From positions 71,760-135,759 of the forward strand of contig CAWHYZ010000003.1 of NCBI GenBank assembly GCA_963833605.1: a stretch of 64,000 bases of DNA, in the 5' to 3' direction. Positions 31,012 to 39,857 of the stretch are shown here, piece after piece (within the stretch, counting starts at the first letter, position 1; each line of letters begins with the position of its first letter). The translations under genes and the position numbers were made by a program. The notes beneath the pieces are model-generated. The model saw only the letters and a program-made list of their open reading frames with translations, had not been told where the DNA came from and made no database searches. This stretch comes from an uncultured Alphaproteobacteria bacterium (lineage in GTDB: Bacteria > Pseudomonadota > Alphaproteobacteria > Rhizobiales > Xanthobacteraceae).

Positions 31012-31212
31012 CTTCTTCCTCCCCTGAGGCGCGTTGCCGGGATGCTAGATCAGCGCGGTCCCGCGCGCCAGACGCAGTGTGGCGCGGCACTCCACCTTTT
31101 CGTGCGTGCGGCGATCGCGTGCACAGGTCTCGTCGTCGTGACGCCCGGCCAGGAGGAGCCCCGGGGAAACCATCCCCACAAGGGGAAGGGTTGAGGAGCG
31201 GCGGCGCCGCGC

Positions 31213-33910
31213 TCATGCCGTAAGCGGCAGCGCTGCGAGCATGATAGCCGGGTCGCCGGGGTCAGCGTCGATGCGGAAGCCCAACTCCCGGCACATGCGC
31301 AACATGGCGGTATTCTCGCGCAACACCTGCCCCTCGATCCGCCTGAGACCTTCGTTCCTGGCGTATTCGATCATCAACTCCATCAGCTTCCACCCCAGGC
31401 CCTGACCCTTGAGGTCGGAGCGCAACAGGATGGCGTATTCGCCCGACTCGTAGTTGGCATCGGAATGCAGGCGCACGACGCCGAGCAACTCGCGCCGGTC
31501 CTCGTCGATCGCCACGAAGGCCATCGCCCGCGCGTAGTCGATCTGCGTCAATCGGGCGATAAAGGCGTGACTGAATGCGCGCATTGGCGAAAAGAATCGC
31601 AGCCGCAGATCCTCCTGAGATACATGCGCGAAAAATTCGGGATAAAGGACCTCATCCTCCGGGCGCACCGGTCGCACGAAGATGCGCCGTCCGTGGTCAA
31701 GCGTGATATGGCGCTCCCACTCGGTCGGGTATGGTCTCACCGCAAAGCGCGGGTGTCCCGATCCTTTGAATTTCGGCTCCGCGGAGGCGACCGCAACCCG
31801 CGCGTCGAGGGCGATCAGGCCGTTCTCGTCGGCAAGCAGCGGATTGATGTCAAGCTCGCGTACCTGCGGGAGGTCGGCGGCGAGTTGCGCGATCTTCACC
31901 AGCGTCAACGCGAGATCATCTTCGTTCACGGCGGGAACGTCGCGATAAGCGCGCAGCAGGCGCGCGACACGGGTCTGGGCGATGAGATCGCGCGCCAGCT
32001 TCAGGTCGAGCGGCGGCAGCGCCAGCGCTTTGTCGTTGATGACCTCAACTGCAGTCCCGCCGCTGCCGAAAACGATGACCGGACCGAATGTCGCGTCGTC
32101 CGCGATGCCGACGATCAGTTCGCGCGCCTTCGGCTGCACAATCATGGGCTGAAGCGTAACGCCTAGAATACTCGCATCGGGGCGCAGGCGCTTGGCGCTG
32201 GCCATGATCTCGGCCACTGCGTTGCGCACCGCGGTAGTGCTGGTGAGGTTAAGCCGCACGCCGCCTACGTCCGATTTGTGCACGATGTCGCGTGACAGGA
32301 TTTTGGCGACGACCGATTGGCCGGCGCTCAGGAACTTTTCGGCAGCCACCGCGGCTTCCTCGGCGGTGCGTGCGAGGACGGTCGGTACCGTTGCAATTCC
32401 GTAAGCGCGCAACAGGTCCACGACTTCGAGCGGATCAAGCCAGCGGCGCCCGTCGGCACAAACGCCCTCGACGATCCGGCGTGCCGCTGCCGTGTCCGGC
32501 TGGATCTCGCGCGGCAAGCTGGGGGGCGTCTGCATCAACGCGTCGATCGCATCGCGGTGACGTACGATCTGCATGAAGCCGCGCACCGCGTCGGTTTCGG
32601 TCTCAAAATGCGGAATATTGGCATCGTTGAATGTTGCGGAGATCTTCGGCTCGGCGCCGACCCACAGTGCGAATACCGGCTTTGGCTGCGGCTTGCGCGC
32701 GCGCAGGTGGCGCACGACATCGGCCACCCGCGCCGCAATGGCGGCGGCCGGTGCGATTGCGGTTTGAACATTGATCGCCAGCACCGCGTCGATCTCAGGT
32801 GCTGCCAACAAGGTTTCGAGCGTGGCCTCATAGCGGGCGGCGTCGGCATCTCCGATGATGTCGACCGGGTTCGATCTCGACCACGTCGGCGGCAGCATGC
32901 GATCGAGCGCATCGCGCGTCGATGGTGTGATCTCCGCGAGCGTCCCGTTGAAGTCAGCGAGACGGTCGGCAGCCAGCACGCCGATGCCGCCGCCATTGGT
33001 CAGGATTGCAAGCCGGTTGCCATCGAGATGTCTGACACGCCCGAGCGTTTCGGCAGCATCAAACAGTTCGCCGAGATCGAGCACGCGTAACAGACCAGCG
33101 CGGCGAAACGCTGCGGCGTAGACCGCATCCGAGCCGGCCAGCGCGCCGGTATGGGTGGCGGCCGCCTTGGCTCCCGCCGCCTGGCGGCCGGCCTTGACCA
33201 CGACGACCGGTTTGACCCGGGCGGCAGCCCGCGCGGCCGACATGAACTTGCGGGCATCCTTGATCGACTCGACATAAAGCAAGATCGCGCGCGTCGATCG
33301 ATCGAGCGCGAAATAGTCGAGCAGATCGCCAAAATCGACGTTCGAGCTGGTCGCCGATCGATACGATCGCGGAAAATCCGACATGCCGCTGCGCGGCCCA
33401 GTCGACCATGCCTGCCGCGATCGCGCCGGATTGGGAAATCAACGCGAGTTCGCCGGCCATCGGCATGCTGGCCGCGAAGCTCGCATTGAGGTTCTGTCCT
33501 GGCACCAACACACCCAGACAATTGGGGCCGACAAGCCGTAATCCCTTGGCGCGCGCTGCCTGCTCGCAGGCTTGGGCGACTGAACCCGGGCCATGGCCGA
33601 GACCGGCCGTGATGATGATTGCGGCGGCCGCGCCCATCTGGGCCGATTGTGCCACCACGTCAGGCACCGCGGTCGGAGGAGCCGTGATGACGACCAGATC
33701 GGGAGGCCCCGAAAGCTCCGACAAATCCCGGATCGCCTGCAGTCCTTCGATCTCATGGTGCTTCGGGTTGACGAGCCACAGGGGGCCGGACCACCCGGCG
33801 CTGCGCAGATTGTTGAGGATCGCCCGGCCGACCGATTTTTCCCGCGGGCTCGCGCCGACCAGCGCGACCGAACGGGGAACGAACAGGCGATCAAGGCGAT
33901 AGGTCGACAT
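31213..33910 (-). pseudogene. Acetyl-CoA synthetase (ADP-forming)-like / GNAT fusion (Pat-type protein acetyltransferase), with an apparent 1-nt insertion near 33342
   Basis: ORF 33059..33922 gives the CoA-binding N-terminus up to ...FSAIVSIGDQ. ORF 31213..33384, in another frame, continues (S)SNVDFGDLLDYFALDRSTRAILLYVESI... and ends in a GNAT domain. The coding strand reads CAGCTCGAACGTCGAT, and CAGCTCGACGTCGAT would restore GDQLDVDFGD. Confidence 0.85.
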
Positions 33911-33928
33911 GACAGCGATCACGTAACC

Positions 33929-33953
33929 TTAGTTATGAATTTGAAGTTCCTAC
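33929..33953. repeat. Solo half-copy of the CTAGTG hairpin family (B/C-type arm)
   Basis: TTAGTTATGAATTTGAAGTTCCTAC, compared with the copy B arm CTAGTGCCGCTCCTCGATTTGAAGTTCCTG. Confidence 0.5.
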
Positions 33954-34043
33954 GATCGTTGCGGCACGCTCGCATGGGAACCTCGAAGAAATCGGACAAA
34001 CGTGCACGTCGAGACCGCCCCCGCAACCGCGCAAGCCCCCGTG

Positions 34044-34057
34044 TTGACCTTCCTCAA
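34044..34057. promoter_or_regulatory. FixK/FNR-type box TTGACCTTCCTCAA
   Basis: Perfect TTGA-N6-TCAA. The centre lies about 63 nt upstream of the chaB-like ATG at 34114. Confidence 0.7.
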
Positions 34058-34113
34058 ATATGACAGCCGCGGTTGGCGGTATTCTAAGACTAACGACCGA
34101 AGGCATTTTGGCC

Positions 34114-34323
34114 ATGCCCTATGCGACGAATGAAGATCTGCCCATTTCAGTGCGACGACATCTTCCGCCGCATGCGCAGGATATCTACCGCGAGGCGTTC
34201 AATCACGCCTTTTCGGCCTATCCGGCCGAAGAGGAGCGCGCGCATCGCATTGCCTGGTCTGCAGTCAAGCGGTCTTATGTCAAGGTCGGCGCAAGCTGGG
34301 TCGCGCGTGCGACTCACCAGTAA
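34114..34323 (+). CDS. ChaB family protein
   Basis: LP..VR..LP.HAQDIYREAFNHA........EERAHRIAWSAVKR.Y matches the ChaB fold signature. 69 aa. Confidence 0.8.
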   Translation: MPYATNEDLPISVRRHLPPHAQDIYREAFNHAFSAYPAEEERAHRIAWSAVKRSYVKVGASWVARATHQ

Positions 34324-34341
34324 CCAAGGAGAATCGCGATC

Positions 34342-34779
34342 ATGAAAAAATCAACCGCGACTAAGAGCGCGCCGGAGTTGGCAATCTCGCCTGAAAAGTT
34401 GTGCTTCATCATCGTCAAGGCGCATGAGTTCGACGCCAAAGACATCGTCACCGACCCCGACTTGGGCTCCAACGCGGCGGACGATGCAATGCTGTCCGTG
34501 CTTGAGGACCACAAGGACGATCCAGTGGTGTTTGAGCTCAGAGGCTTCATCGGCGCGCTAACCGAGGACGAGCAGATCGACCTGGTCGCCTTGGCTTGGC
34601 TCGGACGCGGCGATGGCTCCCTTGCGGACTGGGAGGAACTGCGTGCTGAAGCGGCGCGGGCCCACAACAAGCGCACTGCGTCCTATCTTCTGGGCATGCC
34701 GCTGCTGGCTGATTACCTGGAGGAGGGGTTGTCTGAGTTCGGGCGGTCTTGCGAAGAGTTCGAAATGGGGCGACTCTGA
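34342..34779 (+). CDS. DUF3775 domain-containing protein
   Basis: ISPEKLCFIIVKAHEFDAKD...LTEDEQIDLVALAWLGRGD...ASYLLGMPLLADYLEEGL. Confidence 0.8.
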   Translation: MKKSTATKSAPELAISPEKLCFIIVKAHEFDAKDIVTDPDLGSNAADDAMLSVLEDHKDDPVVFELRGFIGALTEDEQIDLVALAWLGRGDGSLADWEELRAEAARAHNKRTASYLLGMPLLADYLEEGLSEFGRSCEEFEMGRL

Positions 34780-34809
34780 ACCGCGATCCTGAGTTTGCAA
34801 GCCGGGCGC

Positions 34810-35835
34810 ATGACCAAGGAAGCTCCAGAGCCGAATGTCGCAGCGAGCGTTGGCGCGGGCGGTCGGTTACGCTTGTTCGCGCTTTCGGCAAGCGCCGAGA
34901 TGGGCGAGGCGGTGGCACGAATAATGGGTCAGGCGCTGGCAGCCCATGAAGAGCGGTCATTCGAAGATGGCGAGCACAAGATTCGGCCACTCGACGATGT
35001 CAGCGCCGCGGATGTTTATGTCATCCAGGGACTGCACGGCGGTCCAATCGAGGGCGTGAACGACAAGCTTTGCCGGCTCCTGTTTTTCATCGGCGCCCTC
35101 AAGGATGCGGGCGCCGCTCGCGTCACTGCCGTCGTTCCCTACCTGTGTTACGCGCGCAAGGACCGGCGGACCAAGCCGAACGATCCGGTGACGACACGTT
35201 ACGTCGCCCAGATGTTCGAAGCGGTGGGAACCGGTCAGATCATCTCGCTTGAAGTGCACAATCCGACGGCCTTCGAAAACGCGTTCCGTTGCCGTACGGT
35301 CATGCTCACGGCGACCCCGCTGTTCATCGACTATGTGCGAGGGCTGACGCAGGAGGTGCTTTGCGTCGTCTCACCCGATCCCGGCGGCGCGAAGCGAGCG
35401 GAGCTGTTTCGCGACGCCCTCGAGAGCACTTTGGGTCGCACGGTCGGTAAAGGCTTTGCCGACAAGCATCGCAGTGCCGGCGTTCTGTCCGGTGATCTTT
35501 TCGTCGGTGACGTTGCGGGAGCGACGGCTCTGATCATCGACGATCTGATCAGTACCGGCCACACGCTGCTGCGGGCCGCCGTGGCCGCCCGCCGGGCCGG
35601 CGCCCGCCGGGTGGTGGCGCTCGTTACGCACGGATTGTTCATGGCCGGGGCGGCGGAGGCTATCGCCGACCCCGCCATCGACCGGTTGGTGGTCACCGAT
35701 TCCGTGCCGCCGTTTCGCCTTGCGTCGGAAGTAGCCCGCCGCAAGGTCGACGTGCTGCCCGCGGCGCCGCTTCTGGCCGATGCGATTGGCCGCGTTCACC
35801 ACGGACGGGCGCTGACCGATCTGCTGGTCTTCTAG
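34810..35835 (+). CDS. Ribose-phosphate pyrophosphokinase (Prs) family protein
   Basis: F.DGE..IR......DVYVIQ, VPYL.YARKDRR and IIDDLISTGHT motifs. First ATG at 34810. Confidence 0.8.
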   Translation: MTKEAPEPNVAASVGAGGRLRLFALSASAEMGEAVARIMGQALAAHEERSFEDGEHKIRPLDDVSAADVYVIQGLHGGPIEGVNDKLCRLLFFIGALKDAGAARVTAVVPYLCYARKDRRTKPNDPVTTRYVAQMFEAVGTGQIISLEVHNPTAFENAFRCRTVMLTATPLFIDYVRGLTQEVLCVVSPDPGGAKRAELFRDALESTLGRTVGKGFADKHRSAGVLSGDLFVGDVAGATALIIDDLISTGHTLLRAAVAARRAGARRVVALVTHGLFMAGAAEAIADPAIDRLVVTDSVPPFRLASEVARRKVDVLPAAPLLADAIGRVHHGRALTDLLVF

Positions 35836-35935
35836 ACGAGAACCCGCAAAAGTGGGCAGCGGTTTTGCGTTCGATCGCGCGCCAACACCTTGATTTGCGC
35901 AGGATCTTTTCGGCGAATCGCTCACATTAGCCGGA

Positions 35936-37000
35936 TCATGCACGCATCAAGCGGGCGAGCTTTCTCGCGTCAGCCGCCGCGATTGCGAGATAGCTGCGGG
36001 CGAGCCGCGGCCATTTCGCCGGCGTGCGCGGATTGCCCTCCAGCAGGTGAGCGATGGCGAGGCGCGCCCGCAGGGTCGCGCGATGGCAGCGGTAGAACCA
36101 AAATAACGCCTCGGGCACATGGTCGCGTAGTCCCCGCATCACCCGCCGGCGCAGGTATTCGCCGGCCCAAACGGTGCCAAGCCGTTCGCATTCAAGGTCG
36201 AGGAAGGCGACTTCGTCCAACGGGTCGACCGCGCGCAGCCGGTCGTTGAATTCGAGGCAATCGATGATCCGCACCGGATCCCCCAGCCAGATGTGTTCCG
36301 GGCGCAGATCCCCGTGCCCGTCGACAATCCATCGGCCGCGCACGCGCCGCTCGAGGAGATCGCGACGTTGCGCCAGAAACCGGCGTTGCAGCCCGTCGAG
36401 CTGCATGATCAGGCCTGCCGGCAAGTGGAAGCGCGGGTCGAGCAGAACCCTGCGGTTATAGGCAAGACTCTTCCACCAGTCGGATAGATGGATCTCGGCT
36501 GCAATTGGTGACCTCACGGAGCGCCGGTAGAATTGCACGAGTTTCGCCACTAGGCGGTCGAGCTGCCAGGTTTCGAGGGAACGCTGTCCGAGTGCATGGG
36601 CAAGGGTCTCAGTCTCATCGAGGCGGCGCATGACGACAAGCCAGTCGATGACGGGGCCGGGGCCTCCCAGCGCCAGTCCTACATTCGGACCGGAGCAGGT
36701 TCCGCTTGGCGTGGCGGTCAGCGCCGCTACATCGAGATAGACATCGGGTGCGAGGCGGCGATTGAGCCGGAGCTCGGCTCGACAAGCCGCCTCCCGGCGC
36801 GCCAGCGTGGAGAAATCGAGGTAGGAGAAGCAAACCGGCTTCTTGAGTTTGTAGGCACGCTCACCTGCGAGAAAAACCCACGACATGTGGGTCTCGCGGC
36901 AGGCAACGGTGTCGACCTCAGGCCCATAGGTTGCCGGGCGGCAGAGGAAGGCAACCTTTTGCTCTAGAGTGGTTTGGGCAGGCCTTGACCGATCGGACAC
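35936..37000 (-). CDS. Aminoglycoside-phosphotransferase-fold kinase-like protein. It resembles the N-terminal half of 'bifunctional APH/ATP-binding' proteins of the Rv2004c type (recalled, not searched).
   Basis: Catalytic-loop-like DGHGDLRPEHIW and IDCLEF. An AAGGAG SD at 37012-37007 is followed by GTG codons at 37003 and 37000, so I prefer one of these over the TTG at 37024. Confidence 0.65.
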   Translation of the reverse strand: MSDRSRPAQTTLEQKVAFLCRPATYGPEVDTVACRETHMSWVFLAGERAYKLKKPVCFSYLDFSTLARREAACRAELRLNRRLAPDVYLDVAALTATPSGTCSGPNVGLALGGPGPVIDWLVVMRRLDETETLAHALGQRSLETWQLDRLVAKLVQFYRRSVRSPIAAEIHLSDWWKSLAYNRRVLLDPRFHLPAGLIMQLDGLQRRFLAQRRDLLERRVRGRWIVDGHGDLRPEHIWLGDPVRIIDCLEFNDRLRAVDPLDEVAFLDLECERLGTVWAGEYLRRRVMRGLRDHVPEALFWFYRCHRATLRARLAIAHLLEGNPRTPAKWPRLARSYLAIAAADARKLARLMRA

Positions 37001-37050
37001 CACCAGCTCCTTGCTGATCGGCAAATCTAGCGAGACACTGGCGCGTGCAG

Positions 37051-37064
37051 TTGACGCCGATCAA
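37051..37064. promoter_or_regulatory. FixK/FNR-type box TTGACGCCGATCAA between divergent genes
   Basis: Perfect TTGA-N6-TCAA. A -41.5 geometry predicts a minus-strand transcription start site (TSS) near 37016, just upstream of the AAGGAG SD of the kinase-like gene. Confidence 0.7.
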
Positions 37065-37097
37065 AACGTTTGATCCGTGGCGGACTAGGATTTGACT

Positions 37098-37787
37098 ATG
37101 CCTTTTCGCAATCGTTCGGAAGCGGGACAAAGACTGGCTGCCGCGCTGGCCGAATACCGGCGCGAACACGTGACTGTGCTGGCGCTGCCGCGTGGCGGCG
37201 TCCCGGTCGCTGCCGAAATCGCCCAGGCGCTCGAGGCTCCGCTCGATCTGATCCTGGTCCGCAAGGTGGGAGTGCCATTTCAGCCCGAGCTTGCCATGGG
37301 TGCGGTCGTCGACGGCAGCGAGCCGGTTATTGTCCGCAATCACGACGTGATCGCATTGACCGGTATCAGCGAGGAGGAATTCGAGAGCGTCTGCGAACGT
37401 GAGCTCACCGAAATCGAACGCCGGCGGCAACGCTACCTTGCTGATCGCGAGCGTGCTCCGATCGCCGGACGCGTGGTGATCGTCATCGATGACGGCATCG
37501 CCACGGGCGCGACCATGCGGGCAGCTCTCCAGGCCACCCGACAACGTCAGCCGCGCAAGCTTGTGCTGGCCGTACCGGTCGCGCCCAGCAGCACGCTGAG
37601 AGAGTTACGGGACGAAGCCGACGAAATCATCTGTCTTGAGGATCACGAAAACTTCGGCGCCATTGGCTACTTTTACAGGGATTTTCGGCAAGTGACCGAC
37701 GACGAGGTCATCGAGCTACTCGCGCGCTATCCGGTTCGGCGAGCAAGCGACACCGAGAAGACGCAGCCAAGAGGGGCGGTTTCGTGA
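37098..37787 (+). CDS. Phosphoribosyltransferase family protein
   Basis: MPFRNRSEAGQRLA...VLALPRGGVPVA, IVIDDGIATGATM. The first ATG is at 37098 and AGGA lies 7 nt upstream. Confidence 0.85.
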   Translation: MPFRNRSEAGQRLAAALAEYRREHVTVLALPRGGVPVAAEIAQALEAPLDLILVRKVGVPFQPELAMGAVVDGSEPVIVRNHDVIALTGISEEEFESVCERELTEIERRRQRYLADRERAPIAGRVVIVIDDGIATGATMRAALQATRQRQPRKLVLAVPVAPSSTLRELRDEADEIICLEDHENFGAIGYFYRDFRQVTDDEVIELLARYPVRRASDTEKTQPRGAVS

Positions 37788-37812
37788 TCGGACCCCGTCG
37801 GGGGAGTGGGAG

Positions 37813-38622
37813 ATGTCGTACGTTTCCATAATGGTCTATTGCGACGGGGAGTCGGAACGTATTCGGCTGGCCATCGAGCTTGCCGAACGCTTCAAAGCAC
37901 GCCTGATCGGGGTTGCGGCGCGTGCCCCGATACCGGTGGTGACCGGAGAAGACGCGGCAATTGATGCGGCGCTGCTGCAACAGGAGAACGCCGCCGTGCG
38001 TGCCTTCCTCGACAAGGCGGGCGAGCAGTTTCGCGCTGTAGCGGGGAAATGCGAGACACCGATCGAGTGGCGATCCGCGCCGGACATTCCCAACGATTTC
38101 GTGGCCCGCGAGGCCCGCGCTGCCGATCTGGTGATTGTCGGCCAAACCCCCACCGCGGACCATCGCTCGCTCGCCGTCGGCAGCCTGTTGCTCAAGGCCG
38201 GCCGCCCGGTACTGGTCGCACCGCGCGCACTCGCTTCACTCCCCGCCCGGCACGCTGTCGTGGCGTGGAAGGATACGCGCGAAGCACGCCGTGCCGTGCG
38301 TGATGCCCTTCCGTTCCTGCACAGAACAGAAAACGTGGCGCTCGTCGCGGTTTGCGAATGGGGCGCCGAAGCGACAGCCTTGCGCCAGCTCAAGGATGTC
38401 GCTCGCTTCCTTGCGCAGCATCACATCACCAATGTGACGGAACGCGTGCTGCCCGACGAGCCGGTCGCGGGCGACGTGCTGCTGCGGTTTGTTGGAGATG
38501 AGCGCGCCGATCTCCTGGTCGCTGGAGCCTATGGTCACAGTCGCCTCGGGGAATGGATATTCGGAGGCGTAACGCGAGACTTGCTGACTAAAAGCTCGGT
38601 CTGTTGCCTATTTTCCCATTGA
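37813..38622 (+). CDS. Universal stress protein (tandem USP domains)
   Basis: 269 aa. C-terminal motif ADLLVAGAYGHSRLGEWIFGGVTRDLL. Confidence 0.85.
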   Translation: MSYVSIMVYCDGESERIRLAIELAERFKARLIGVAARAPIPVVTGEDAAIDAALLQQENAAVRAFLDKAGEQFRAVAGKCETPIEWRSAPDIPNDFVAREARAADLVIVGQTPTADHRSLAVGSLLLKAGRPVLVAPRALASLPARHAVVAWKDTREARRAVRDALPFLHRTENVALVAVCEWGAEATALRQLKDVARFLAQHHITNVTERVLPDEPVAGDVLLRFVGDERADLLVAGAYGHSRLGEWIFGGVTRDLLTKSSVCCLFSH

Positions 38623-38644
38623 CTGGGACGCGAACCGCAGCAGC

Positions 38645-38736
38645 CTAGTGTGGCGGATTTGACGTTCCTACCAGAGCGCGCGCGCGCTCATCCCGGCGAG
38701 TTCTTTGTAGGAACGTCAAATCCAAAGCCACACTAG
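38645..38736. repeat. CTAGTG...CACTAG hairpin element, copy C
   Basis: Left arm CTAGTGTGGCGGATTTGACGTTCCTAC; right arm GTAGGAACGTCAAATCCAAAGCCACACTAG. Confidence 0.85.
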
Positions 38737-38749
38737 AATCAAATACTTG

Positions 38750-38824
38750 TTAGTGTCCCTTTGGTTCCAACGTTCATATGAAACAGTGCGGCAAGGGGAT
38801 ACGAACGTTGCACCGGAACACTAG
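38750..38824. repeat. CTAGTG-family hairpin element, copy D (TTAGTG...CACTAG)
   Basis: Left arm TTAGTGTCCCTTTGGTTCCAACGTTC; right arm GAACGTTGCACCGGAACACTAG. Confidence 0.8.
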
Positions 38825-38842
38825 GTGGTCTGGTCGCCATCA

Positions 38843-39067
38843 CTAAGCTTTCGCGAAGCTTATTTCCGCACCCTGCAACTCGTCGATCAGGTGCTCATCG
38901 AGCGTGTCGTACAGGGCGCCGATGCTGGGCGCTCGTTGCAATTTCTGCTCACGCAGCCGGGCCCAGGCATCGGCGCAAGCAGCGCCGAAGCTTGCCGCGT
39001 CAACCACGTCGTAAGTCCCTTCGTACCAGGCCGTGCCGTCTTTCTTGATCCGCAATTTGATGAGCAT
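38843..39067 (-). CDS. Hypothetical small protein (74 aa from MLIKLRIKKDG)
   Basis: ORF only. The start was chosen because the near-FixK box at 39133-39146 predicts a TSS near 39098, which is downstream of the ORF-track start at 39106. Confidence 0.4.
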   Translation of the reverse strand: MLIKLRIKKDGTAWYEGTYDVVDAASFGAACADAWARLREQKLQRAPSIGALYDTLDEHLIDELQGAEISFAKA

Positions 39068-39132
39068 GTCGCATTCCTCCGCACGCCCCCAGGCAACGAA
39101 ACGCATCTCGAAGACGGTTTGTCGTGCTGATT

Positions 39133-39146
39133 TTGATACGGATCGA
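39133..39146. promoter_or_regulatory. Near-consensus FixK-type box TTGATACGGATCGA
   Basis: One mismatch in the right half-site (TCGA where TCAA is expected). Confidence 0.4.
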
Positions 39147-39211
39147 TCATTCCATGTCGAGGCAGATTGCTATCCGACTCTCATGGGAATGTAGCGACCC
39201 TGCAGGCTCAA

Positions 39212-39246
39212 CGCAAAAGAAATGCCCCGGCCCGAGGGTCGGGGCA
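39212..39246 (-). terminator. Rho-independent terminator downstream of the 39310..39507 ORF
   Basis: The minus strand reads TGCCCCGACCCTCGGGCCGGGGCA followed by TTTCTTTTGCG. Confidence 0.7.
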
Positions 39247-39309
39247 GTTTCCTGGGCGGCATTGGGGAAACGGGGGAGGGCGGCGCCCAGAATTCGGGAA
39301 TGATGAGAC

Positions 39310-39507
39310 CTAACGTAGAACCGTGAAACCGGTGCCCGCGTGTGTCGACACTGAACTCGCTTTCACAACGATGCGCGGCCCGGAAGCATTGATTGCTGAT
39401 TGGCTTGCAAAAACACTAATCAAAACAACCAAGATCGCCCCCAGCAATGCAACGGCTACGATCTTCACATGCGTTGCCGGATCAGCGGTAAGGACGGACG
39501 TATTCAT
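39310..39507 (-). CDS. Hypothetical small single-pass membrane protein (65 aa)
   Basis: MNTSVL... with TM helix IVAVALLGAILVVLISVFA. A GGGAGA SD precedes ATG 39507 and a terminator lies downstream. Confidence 0.45.
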   Translation of the reverse strand: MNTSVLTADPATHVKIVAVALLGAILVVLISVFASQSAINASGPRIVVKASSVSTHAGTGFTVLR

Positions 39508-39597
39508 GACCCCATCTCCCAAAGTACCCGTATTTTTGTAAACCTCCCACAACGCGTGCGAAATTCAGATAAACCCCCTAAGGGCAATCCCGTAAGC

Positions 39598-39628
39598 CTA
39601 GGGCCCGGCTTCCGAAGTTCATGATACA
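39598..39628. repeat. Solo half-copy of the CTAGTG hairpin family (A-type arm)
   Basis: CTAGGGCCCGGCTTCCGAAGTTCATGATACA, compared with copy A CTAGTGCCCGGTTTCCGAAGTTCGTGATACA. Confidence 0.6.
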
Positions 39629-39661
39629 TTTGATAGATTGCCGCTACAGACGCGCCCATTC

Positions 39662-39841
39662 TCACTCTTCGAACTGCGGTGCCGCGGCATCTTCCGGCTC
39701 GGCCCTTTCCAGCGATTCGCTATCTTCTGCCGGTGCTTCCTTTTCAACGTCCAGGGATTCCTGCTGCAGAAGTTTTGCGGGTTCGTCGACGTTGGTATTG
39801 TACGACCAATGCCGTGCCCGCCTTCTCGGCGCGTTAGTCAT
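39662..39841 (-). CDS. Hypothetical 59-aa protein with a basic N-terminus and an acidic C-terminus; below the ORF-track length cutoff
   Basis: GGAGGCCGAC ATG (strong SD) 17 nt after the CBS-BON stop. My translation: MTNAPRRRARHWSYNTNVDEPAKLLQQESLDVEKEAPAEDSESLERAEPEDAAAPQFEE. Confidence 0.4.
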   Translation of the reverse strand: MTNAPRRRARHWSYNTNVDEPAKLLQQESLDVEKEAPAEDSESLERAEPEDAAAPQFEE

Positions 39842-39857
39842 GTCGGCCTCCGTACGC

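Noticed and set aside
28992-38824. CRISPR array or IS element interpretation of the repeat clusters
   Set aside because: The repeats are individual palindromic hairpins occurring singly or in pairs, not regularly spaced direct repeats with unique spacers. No cas, transposase or integrase genes, and no terminal inverted repeats enclosing an ORF, were seen anywhere in the window.
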